Assembly (NCBI GenBank): GCA_019658995.1
Contig: JAIFWN010000003.1
Span: 2,436-66,435, forward strand
DNA: 64,000 bases
Direction of reading: 5' to 3'
Source of the DNA: Candidatus Parcubacteria bacterium
GTDB lineage: Bacteria > Patescibacteriota > Minisyncoccia > Phycocordibacterales > Zambryskibacteraceae
The position numbers and the translations under genes were made by a program. The notes below the pieces were generated by a model, which searched no databases, had not been told where the DNA came from, and saw only the letters and a list, made by a program, of their open reading frames with translations. Below are positions 57,013 through 64,000 of the stretch, piece after piece (within the stretch, counting starts at the first letter, position 1; the number at the start of each line of letters is the position of its first letter).

Positions 57013-57059
57013 TTGCATAATTCTAACACGTCTAACTCTGCCGTGGTAAAATAGTACCA

Positions 57060-57908
57060 ATGAAAACGCTTAAGGAGGCTGTTGCGGAAGCGGCAGAAAA
57101 AATGGTTGCCATAGGCCACTTCAACGTATCGGATTCCGAGGGCTTTAACGCAGTGGTGGAGTCGGCCAAGGAACTCGGAGTACCGGTTATCATAGGAGTG
57201 TCAGAAAAGGAGAGGTCTTTCCTTGGTGTAGCCGAGATACGCGCGCTTGTTTCGGTAGAGCAGGGTAAGGGGTTACCCGTGTACCTTAATGCCGACCATA
57301 CTTACTCGGTCGAGGCTTCAAAGGAAGCTGAAGATAACAAATTCGATTCCGTCATTATCGACGGAGCCGAGAAACCTTTCTTTGAGAATGTAATGATGAC
57401 TAAGGAGGTGGTCAACTACGCCAAAGGAGAGAATCCGGAGATCTTGGTCGAAGGCGAACTCGGCTTCATCGGCTCTGGTTCCATGCTGCGCGATGAGATA
57501 CCAGAGGGAGTCTCGGAAGAGACTCAGACAAGTGCCGAAGATGCCGCGAAATTTGTAGAAGAGACGTGTGTGGACCTCTTTGCCCCATCGGTCGGCAATA
57601 TTCACGGACTTATAAAAAGCGGCGAGCCGAAGCTGAATATTAAGAGGATAAAGGAGATTGCCAAGGTGGTAAACGTACCACTGGTACTCCACGGAGCTTC
57701 TGGTAATACCGACGAAGATATAGCACAGGCTATTGAGGCAGGCATCCGCATAGTCCACATCAATACCGAGCTCCGCCAGGCATACAAAAAAGGCATCAAG
57801 AAAGGCTTGAGCTCCGACGAACTGGCCCCTTACAAATTCATGGCTGAAGGTGTGGAAGAGATGAAGAAGATCGTGACAGCCAAACTAAAACTTTTCAACA
57901 AATTGTGA
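57060..57908 (+). CDS. fba: Class II fructose-bisphosphate aldolase
   Basis: NADH, VEGELG, SVGNIHG, LVLHGASG, HINTE. Confidence 0.92.
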   Translation: MKTLKEAVAEAAEKMVAIGHFNVSDSEGFNAVVESAKELGVPVIIGVSEKERSFLGVAEIRALVSVEQGKGLPVYLNADHTYSVEASKEAEDNKFDSVIIDGAEKPFFENVMMTKEVVNYAKGENPEILVEGELGFIGSGSMLRDEIPEGVSEETQTSAEDAAKFVEETCVDLFAPSVGNIHGLIKSGEPKLNIKRIKEIAKVVNVPLVLHGASGNTDEDIAQAIEAGIRIVHINTELRQAYKKGIKKGLSSDELAPYKFMAEGVEEMKKIVTAKLKLFNKL

Positions 57909-59500
57909 AAGAGGAGATAAAAAAGTTTTTTAGAGGAGAAGCTTTGGATGACGAGGCGACACTCAAGCTTTACAGCAAAGACGCGTCGCTGTTTATGGTG
58001 AGGCCGAGGCTCGTGGTGTATCCCAAGAACCCGGAAGATCTGCAAAATTTGGTGAAATGGGTGGGGGAGAACAAGAGCAAGGATCCGACGCTTTCTGTCA
58101 CTGTTCGCGCCGCCGGCTCATGCATGTCGGGCGGCCCACTCAACGAGTCAATAATCGCCGATGTGACCAAGCATATGAATATGGTCGGAGAGATAAGGGA
58201 AGAGGGAACAGCAGTACAGCCGGGTTTATTCTACAGGGATTTTGAAAAACGAACTCTCGAAAGGGGTCTGATATTGCCCTGCTACACTGCATCGAAGAAT
58301 CTCTGCGCGTTGGGCGGCATGATTAGCAACAACTCCGGAGGCGAGAAGACGCTCCGCTACGGCAAGATGGAAAATTTTGTGACGGAGTCAAAAGTTATTT
58401 TTGCCGATGGCAACGAATACACCGTAAAGCCCCTCACCAAGCAGGAGTTGGGCCGCAAGATGGCTGATGGCGGTTTCGAAGGCGAGCTTTATGAGAAGCT
58501 CTACCAACTTATAGAGCAGAACAAGGAAGTGATAGAGAAAGCCAGACCGAATGTATCAAAAAATTCCGCCGGTTACTATCTCTGGAATATCTGGGATGGC
58601 AAAACTTTCGACCTGAACAAATTACTCGTCGGTTCCCAGGGCACTCTCGGCATAGTTACGGAGGCTAAGGTCAAACTTGTGCCGGTCGAACCGGTGTCGA
58701 GGCTTTTCGTCATCTTCCTCAAAGACTTGTCGCCACTCGCAGATGTAGTGAATGAGATATTGCCGACCGCTCCTGAGTCCATAGAGTGCTATGATGACGC
58801 GTCTATCAAGCTGGCAGTCAGATTTCTGCCGAAATTTATCCTGCGCTTTATCCCCGAGGCTCTGATGATCCTTCGCGGAGGAGTGCCCAAGCTAGTTCTC
58901 CTCGTCGAGTATACCGGGAAGACCGAGGAAGAGGTCTTGAAGAAGCTCGATATATTGAAAGATAAGATGAAGCATTTCGATCTGCCGACTCACAGAGTCG
59001 ACTCGGCCCGCGAATCCGAGAAGTATTGGACTATCCGCCGTGAGAGTTTTAATCTCCTGAGAAAGCATGTGAGGAACGCCCGCACAGCCCCATTTGTGGA
59101 CGATGTGGTGATCAGGCCTGGGGACATGCCCGCCTTCCTACCATCGATGAGGAAGATTCTGGATGACTACAAACTCACGTATTCGCTCGCGGGACACGCA
59201 GGTAATGGCAATTTCCATGTCATACCCCTCATGGACATGCGCAATAAGAAAAACATACAAACTATTAGGGAAGTGGGTGAGAAGATTTATGATCTCGTGG
59301 GAAAGTTCCACGGCTCGATCACTGGCGAGCACAACGACGGCATAGTCCGCACTCCGTACTTGGGTAAAATGTACTCGCCGGAAATCTTAGATCTCTTTCG
59401 GCAAACCAAAGAAATATTCGATCCCCAAAATGTTTTTAATCCCGGTAAAAAAGTCGGTGGCACTATCGACTATCTTACCTCGCACATAGCTATTGAATAA
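57905..59500 (+). CDS. FAD-linked oxidoreductase (D-lactate dehydrogenase/GlcD-like)
   Basis: YSKDAS, RAAGSCMSG, GGMISNNSGG, GSQGTLGIVT, GHAGNGNFH, GEHNDG, FNPGK. Confidence 0.88.
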   Translation: MKEEIKKFFRGEALDDEATLKLYSKDASLFMVRPRLVVYPKNPEDLQNLVKWVGENKSKDPTLSVTVRAAGSCMSGGPLNESIIADVTKHMNMVGEIREEGTAVQPGLFYRDFEKRTLERGLILPCYTASKNLCALGGMISNNSGGEKTLRYGKMENFVTESKVIFADGNEYTVKPLTKQELGRKMADGGFEGELYEKLYQLIEQNKEVIEKARPNVSKNSAGYYLWNIWDGKTFDLNKLLVGSQGTLGIVTEAKVKLVPVEPVSRLFVIFLKDLSPLADVVNEILPTAPESIECYDDASIKLAVRFLPKFILRFIPEALMILRGGVPKLVLLVEYTGKTEEEVLKKLDILKDKMKHFDLPTHRVDSARESEKYWTIRRESFNLLRKHVRNARTAPFVDDVVIRPGDMPAFLPSMRKILDDYKLTYSLAGHAGNGNFHVIPLMDMRNKKNIQTIREVGEKIYDLVGKFHGSITGEHNDGIVRTPYLGKMYSPEILDLFRQTKEIFDPQNVFNPGKKVGGTIDYLTSHIAIE

Positions 59501-59525
59501 AAAGGCCCGCTATTTGTGCGGGTCG
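59499..59525 (-). terminator. Intrinsic terminator
   Basis: GACCCGC-loop-GCGGGCC followed by TTTTT on the minus strand. Confidence 0.55.
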
Positions 59526-59713
59526 TCAAGTAGGATTGATGGGTTTTCAAGCTCGTTGAGAAGTCGGGTATCGTGTGCGATGGTCTGGCGGAGCGTTTGT
59601 TCATGAGGGGGCGCAATTTTCGGCTCCTGAAGGCGCTTGGTGTTCTTACTAATTGCATTTTTTAGTTTCTCTTTCCTATTTTCATAAGCGGATATGACAT
59701 CAGTGCAGTCCAT
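59510..59713 (-). CDS. Small hypothetical protein
   Basis: GGAGG SD 5 nt before ATG at 59713. Fills the intergenic gap. Confidence 0.45.
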   Translation of the reverse strand: MDCTDVISAYENRKEKLKNAISKNTKRLQEPKIAPPHEQTLRQTIAHDTRLLNELENPSILLDDPHK

Positions 59714-59789
59714 CTTTACCTCCAAAGAGCGCTGTCTTAGGCCATTGTTCCATCTTGATTAAAGGTCGTCAATAGGCTAAGATGTGGAA

Positions 59790-60464
59790 ATGCTCTCCCT
59801 CAAGGCTGAGATCAGAGACACAAAGGTCAAACCGGACGAAATCCGCAAAGCGGGGAAGATTCCCGCTGTTTTCTATGGCAAAAAGGAGCCTAGTACTCCT
59901 GTTGCCATAAAGAAGACCGACTTCCTCAAAGTATGGAAGGAGGCTGGAGAATCGTCCGTAATCTCGCTTGAGACTCCTGAGGGTGCCGTGGAGAGCCTCA
60001 TACACGAAATAGATTTTGATCCCGTCACCGGAAGTCCTCGTCATGCTGACTTCTATGTGTTCGAGAAGGGTCATAAAGTTAAGGTTGAAGTGCCTATCGA
60101 GTTCACCGGTGTTTCCGCCGCGGTCAAGGATATGGGCGGCATATTGGTCAAGGTCATGCATGCGCTCAAAATCGAGGCCATGCCCAAAGACCTGCCGCAC
60201 AATATCGCCATCGATATAACCCCGCTTGTTTCCTTCGAAAGCCAGATACTGGCAAAGGATGTGGTGATACCGGAAGGCGTAACTCTCCTTGAAAATCCCG
60301 AGGAAGTGGTAGCGCTGGTCAATGCCCCTCGTGAAGAAAAAGAGGAGGAAGCGGCTCCTATAGATCTTTCGGCAATCGAGGTGGAGAAGAAGGGCAAGGA
60401 AGAGACTGATGAAACGGCTGCCGAGGGCGAAGTGCCTGTCAAAGACGCTAAGGAATCCAAATAA
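59790..60464 (+). CDS. rplY: 50S ribosomal protein bL25 (long CTC form)
   Basis: GKIPAVFYG, HADFY, VEVPIEFTG, acidic tail. Confidence 0.93.
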   Translation: MLSLKAEIRDTKVKPDEIRKAGKIPAVFYGKKEPSTPVAIKKTDFLKVWKEAGESSVISLETPEGAVESLIHEIDFDPVTGSPRHADFYVFEKGHKVKVEVPIEFTGVSAAVKDMGGILVKVMHALKIEAMPKDLPHNIAIDITPLVSFESQILAKDVVIPEGVTLLENPEEVVALVNAPREEKEEEAAPIDLSAIEVEKKGKEETDETAAEGEVPVKDAKESK

Positions 60465-60491
60465 ATTCGCCGCGCGGGCGGCATTATAATA

Positions 60492-61883
60492 ATGAACTTT
60501 CGACGTCAGTTTATCGTATTCTATCTGTGCTTCTCGGTAATTTCGGCTTCGGCTGTGCCATTTTTCATAAACCCGGTCTCTGCTCAGACTGATCCATGTA
60601 ATACGAATATCGCCGGTAAGTCTAATGCCGAACTTCAGCGTGATCTGGATGCTTGTAATGCTGAGATAGAGAAGTGGACAGAGGTCTTGAACAATACCAA
60701 GAAGAATACCGCTTCGTACGCTACAGAAGTGGCCAAGCTGACTGCCAGGATCAATGCCGCTCAGGCTACCATCAAGGGCAAGACTATCGCTATCGCTAAT
60801 CTCAACTCCAATATTTCCAAAAAGCAGGGTGAGATCAGCCAGCTTGAGAGCAAGATTGATCAGGATATAGAGCACATTGCCGAATTGGTCAGAAAGACCA
60901 ACCAAATTGATTCTTTCTCCGTAGCTGAAGCTATTCTTTCGGAAAAATCTTTCTCGGATTTCTTTGTCGATATCGACTTGTACACATCTACCCGAAGCTC
61001 TCTCATAGCGCTGGTTGATAGTCTCCGCGGTGTGAAATCTGAAACGGAGACTCAGAAAGCCGAACTGGCCAAGCAGCGGGATGCCGAGGCCGAAGCCAAG
61101 GCTGTGATTGAAGCCAATAAGAAAAAGGTCGAGCAGAGCCAGGCTGAGCAGAAAACTCTCCTTACCCAGAGCCAGAATCAGGAGAAGGCCTACGGCCAGC
61201 TCCTTGCCGAAAAGCAGGCCAGGGCTGCGGCTATACGCACAGCACTCTTCGGTCTCCGTGACTCCGCGGCCATACCATTCGGCACTGCGCTTCAGTATGC
61301 CCAAGCTGCAAGTCAGAAGACTGGTGTGCGCCCGGCGCTCATCCTGGGTATACTCCAGCAGGAGTCCAATCTTGGACAAAATGTCGGTACCTGTGTCATA
61401 ACCAACCTATCTTCAGGAGAGACCCGTAACGTCAACACGGGCAGGGTATTCCCGAACGGCATACATCCTACGCGCGACTTGCCTCTTCTCCAGACGCTTC
61501 TCTCGGAGCTTGGGGGCGATCCCCTGAACACTAAGGTATCGTGTCCACTCTCGATCGGCTATGGCGGAGCCATGGGTCCGGCGCAGTTCATTCCATCCAC
61601 ATGGAATCTCATGAAGAACCGTATCGCAGCGGCTACTGGAAAATCTGTCCCAGATCCCTGGAATCCTTCGGACGCTATTATGGCCATGGCGCTCTTCCTC
61701 AAAGACCTGGGTGCGGCCTCGGGCTCGTTTACCAACGAACGCACGGCTGCTTGCCGATATTATTCCGGTAAAAACTGCTATGGTGCGAGCGGCGCACCGA
61801 ATTCCGGCCTTTCCTATGGCAATAGCGTCATGAACAGGGCGGCAACCATACAAGCCAATATCGACCTGTTGCAGGATGTCTAA
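60492..61883 (+). CDS. Coiled-coil plus lytic transglycosylase (SLT/MltB-like) cell-wall hydrolase
   Basis: Signal/TM segment, long coiled coil, ILQQESNLG (catalytic Glu), GGAMGPAQFIPSTW, DPWNPSDA. Confidence 0.85.
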   Translation: MNFRRQFIVFYLCFSVISASAVPFFINPVSAQTDPCNTNIAGKSNAELQRDLDACNAEIEKWTEVLNNTKKNTASYATEVAKLTARINAAQATIKGKTIAIANLNSNISKKQGEISQLESKIDQDIEHIAELVRKTNQIDSFSVAEAILSEKSFSDFFVDIDLYTSTRSSLIALVDSLRGVKSETETQKAELAKQRDAEAEAKAVIEANKKKVEQSQAEQKTLLTQSQNQEKAYGQLLAEKQARAAAIRTALFGLRDSAAIPFGTALQYAQAASQKTGVRPALILGILQQESNLGQNVGTCVITNLSSGETRNVNTGRVFPNGIHPTRDLPLLQTLLSELGGDPLNTKVSCPLSIGYGGAMGPAQFIPSTWNLMKNRIAAATGKSVPDPWNPSDAIMAMALFLKDLGAASGSFTNERTAACRYYSGKNCYGASGAPNSGLSYGNSVMNRAATIQANIDLLQDV

Positions 61884-61910
61884 AATACTGGTACAGTAGC
61901 CGAGCATATA

Positions 61911-62168
61911 ATGAAGAAAGAAATACACGCCAAAGAATACAGACCGGTCCTCTTCAAGGATAACGGCAACGGCATGGAATATATCATTCCTTCGACCGTC
62001 GCCACCAAGGAAGAAGCTAAGGCAAAGGATGGTAAAACTTATCCGCTTTTCCGCGTGGAAATCTCTTCATCTTCACATCCTTTTTATACGGGGCAGGAAA
62101 AGGTTCTTGACTCCGCAGGCCGCGTAGAACGCTTCAAGCAGAAGCAGGCTAAGGCTAAGAAAAAGTAG
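61911..62168 (+). CDS. rpmE2: 50S ribosomal protein bL31 type B (Cys-less)
   Basis: [32 protein letters not shown]. Confidence 0.95.
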   Translation: MKKEIHAKEYRPVLFKDNGNGMEYIIPSTVATKEEAKAKDGKTYPLFRVEISSSSHPFYTGQEKVLDSAGRVERFKQKQAKAKKK

Positions 62169-62171
62169 ATT

Positions 62172-63053
62172 TTGGAATTTGACATAGAAAAATACAAAGC
62201 GAACCCAAAGACGGCTTATATGGCCAAGGCGTATTTGGAAGTGCCCGACCAGGAGTCGAAACAGATGATCCTCGAAGAGATGGATAGGATTCTCAGCACC
62301 GACGTGCCGGAAAATGAGGAATTCCCAAACGAGATAATCCTCGAAGTCCGTGCCGGGGCGGGTGGAGAAGAGGCGGCCCTCTTCGCCAAGGAGCTTGCGG
62401 ATATGTATATATCTTACGCGAAGCTGGCGGGATGGAGCGTGGCGGTAGTGGACGAGTCGTTCTCAAGTGTCGGCGGCTACAAGGAAGCCTCTTTTGAGAT
62501 CCGCGGCATTGATGTATATAAAAAGCTCCGCTTCGAGACCGGGGTGCATCGCATTCAGCGGGTGCCTGATACAGAGAAAACAGGCAGGGTTCATACCTCT
62601 ACCGCTTCTGTGGCCATTCTGCCAGTGCGAAAAAAGACAACTATAGAAATAAAACCTTCAGACATAGAGATCGAGACCTCGCGCTCGGGCGGAGCCGGCG
62701 GACAGAACGTCAACAAGGTCGAGACCGCCGTGCGTATCGTCCATAAGCCTACCGGCATAGATGTGCGTTCAACCTCGCAGAGAAACCAGCTCAAGAATAA
62801 AGAGATGGCCATGTCTATCCTTGTGGCCAAGCTCCAGGCAAAGAAAGATGAGGAGGAAGCCGCCAAGTACTCGGCGGACCGCAAATCCCAGATTGGCACA
62901 GCCGACCGCTCGGAGAAGATCCGCACCTATAATATCCTTCAGGACCGCATCACCGATCATCGTATAAACGTCAGCTGGCACAATATCCAAAAGATCTTCC
63001 AGGGCTATATGGAGCCGATAGTTGAGGCTCTTGAAAAGGCGGCAACAGTCTGA
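62172..63053 (+). CDS. prfA: Peptide chain release factor 1 (short form)
   Basis: [24 protein letters not shown] (PxT motif), [18 protein letters not shown]. Confidence 0.95.
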   Translation: MEFDIEKYKANPKTAYMAKAYLEVPDQESKQMILEEMDRILSTDVPENEEFPNEIILEVRAGAGGEEAALFAKELADMYISYAKLAGWSVAVVDESFSSVGGYKEASFEIRGIDVYKKLRFETGVHRIQRVPDTEKTGRVHTSTASVAILPVRKKTTIEIKPSDIEIETSRSGGAGGQNVNKVETAVRIVHKPTGIDVRSTSQRNQLKNKEMAMSILVAKLQAKKDEEEAAKYSADRKSQIGTADRSEKIRTYNILQDRITDHRINVSWHNIQKIFQGYMEPIVEALEKAATV

Positions 63054-63076
63054 TAATATCAACACCGCACTAGAAA

Positions 63077-63808
63077 ATGCCAACCAAGGGACAAAACACG
63101 GGTCTGATCGATGAGCTCTTCGCCGCGGGAGCTCATTTCGGCTTTGTTAAGGCCCGCCGCCATCCATCAGCCATACCATTCATCTTCGGACAGAAGGATA
63201 AGGTCGAGATTTTCGACCTTGAGAAGACTTCCGAGGAACTCCTCAAGGCCTTGAAGTTCATAGAGGAAAAGGGCAATGAGAATGCCGTTCTTCTCTTAGT
63301 CGGCGGTAAGTCCGAGGCCCGAGAAGCTGTTAAGGAAACCGGAAAGGAGCTCGGGATGCCGTTCGTCAGCGGACGCTGGATCGGCGGCACTCTCACCAAC
63401 TGGCCTGAAATCAAGAAGCGCATAGCTAAGCTCGAAGACCTGACTACTAAGCGCGAAAGAGGCGAGCTCGGCAAATATACAAAGAAGGAGCGTCTCCTGA
63501 TTGATCGCGAGATAGACAAGCTCTCACTATACTTCAGCGGCTTATCGAAAATGATCGCACTTCCTAAACTCCTAGTGGTGGTTGACCCCAAGAAGGAGCA
63601 TATCGCAGTCTCCGAGGCCAAACGTATGAATATCCCGGTCGTCGCCATAGCCGGTACCGACACCAATCTCTATGATGTTAATTATGCTATACCGGCCAAT
63701 GATGCTTCAAGGTCTTCCATAGCTCTCATACTGAAGAAAATTGCTGAGGCTTACAGAACCGGTGTATCAAACCAGAAGAAGAACGAACCGGTGCCAGAAG
63801 CAAAGTAA
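63077..63808 (+). CDS. rpsB: 30S ribosomal protein uS2
   Basis: AGAHFG, RWIGGTLTN, IPANDAS. Confidence 0.96.
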   Translation: MPTKGQNTGLIDELFAAGAHFGFVKARRHPSAIPFIFGQKDKVEIFDLEKTSEELLKALKFIEEKGNENAVLLLVGGKSEAREAVKETGKELGMPFVSGRWIGGTLTNWPEIKKRIAKLEDLTTKRERGELGKYTKKERLLIDREIDKLSLYFSGLSKMIALPKLLVVVDPKKEHIAVSEAKRMNIPVVAIAGTDTNLYDVNYAIPANDASRSSIALILKKIAEAYRTGVSNQKKNEPVPEAK

Positions 63809-63829
63809 GAGACCTGGTACAATTTACAT

Positions 63830-64000
63830 ATGGCAGAAATAACTACAGCCGATATCAAGGCCCTTCGCGACGAAACCGGTCTTTCCATTGGCGAGGTGAG
63901 GAAAGCGCTCAATGAGGCCGGGGGAGATAAATCCAAAGCTCTCGAGGTTTTGAAAAATAAGAGCGTTGAAGCGGCGGCTAAGAAGGCTGACCGGACCCTC
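63830..64000 (+). CDS. tsf: Elongation factor Ts (3'-truncated by window edge)
   Basis: Manual translation MAEITTADIKALRDETGLSIGEVRKAL...AAAKKADR. Follows rpsB. Confidence 0.93.
   Translation, partial: MAEITTADIKALRDETGLSIGEVRKALNEAGGDKSKALEVLKNKSVEAAAKKADRTL

Noticed and set aside
59769-61379. 536-aa minus-strand ORF
   Set aside because: Lies antisense to rplY and the transglycosylase, both well supported. Typical shadow composition.
1-64000. Alternative genetic code 25 (UGA=Gly) as in Gracilibacteria/Absconditabacteria
   Set aside because: RF2 is present, several genes end in TGA, and core genes are intact under code 11.

Overview
The window is an ordinary, gene-dense, mostly plus-strand chromosomal segment of a small-genome bacterium using code 11. 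The gene set, the rpmE-prfA-rpsB-tsf order, the shortened core proteins and the giant Thr/Asn-rich surface protein suggest Patescibacteria/CPR (Parcubacteria-like); this placement is an inference. It carries four tRNAs (Thr-GGT, Thr-CGT, Gln-CTG, Ser-GGA), housekeeping genes (nfi, prfB, ftsEX, rnj, secG, groES/EL, msrA/B, nrdAB, rplY, rpmE, prfA, rpsB, tsf) and a glycolysis/pentose-phosphate cluster. No transposase, integrase, prophage or CRISPR array was seen. The standout locus is 27.2-45.7 kb. It holds a ~13.8 kb gene for a fibre-like protein with Asn/Thr repeats, two 7-bladed Kelch-like propellers and a Peptidase_G2-like autocleavage motif, split once at an exact 140-bp duplication. It is followed by a secreted FN3/poly-Gly/Ig/dockerin protein and two membrane-anchored cohesin-like proteins, a candidate non-cellulosomal cohesin-dockerin surface-attachment system. 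Other signals: a class Ic-type (Tyr->Phe, Asp->Glu) RNR beta subunit, RF1 and RF2 both lacking most of domain 1, pervasive -10 elements 6-8 nt before ATG (leaderless mRNAs), ORFs starting at tRNA 3' ends, an ECF-like promoter motif over a stress cluster, a structured leader on an RRM gene, and two small genes missed by the ORF track. All family calls come from motif recognition by eye; no searches were run.
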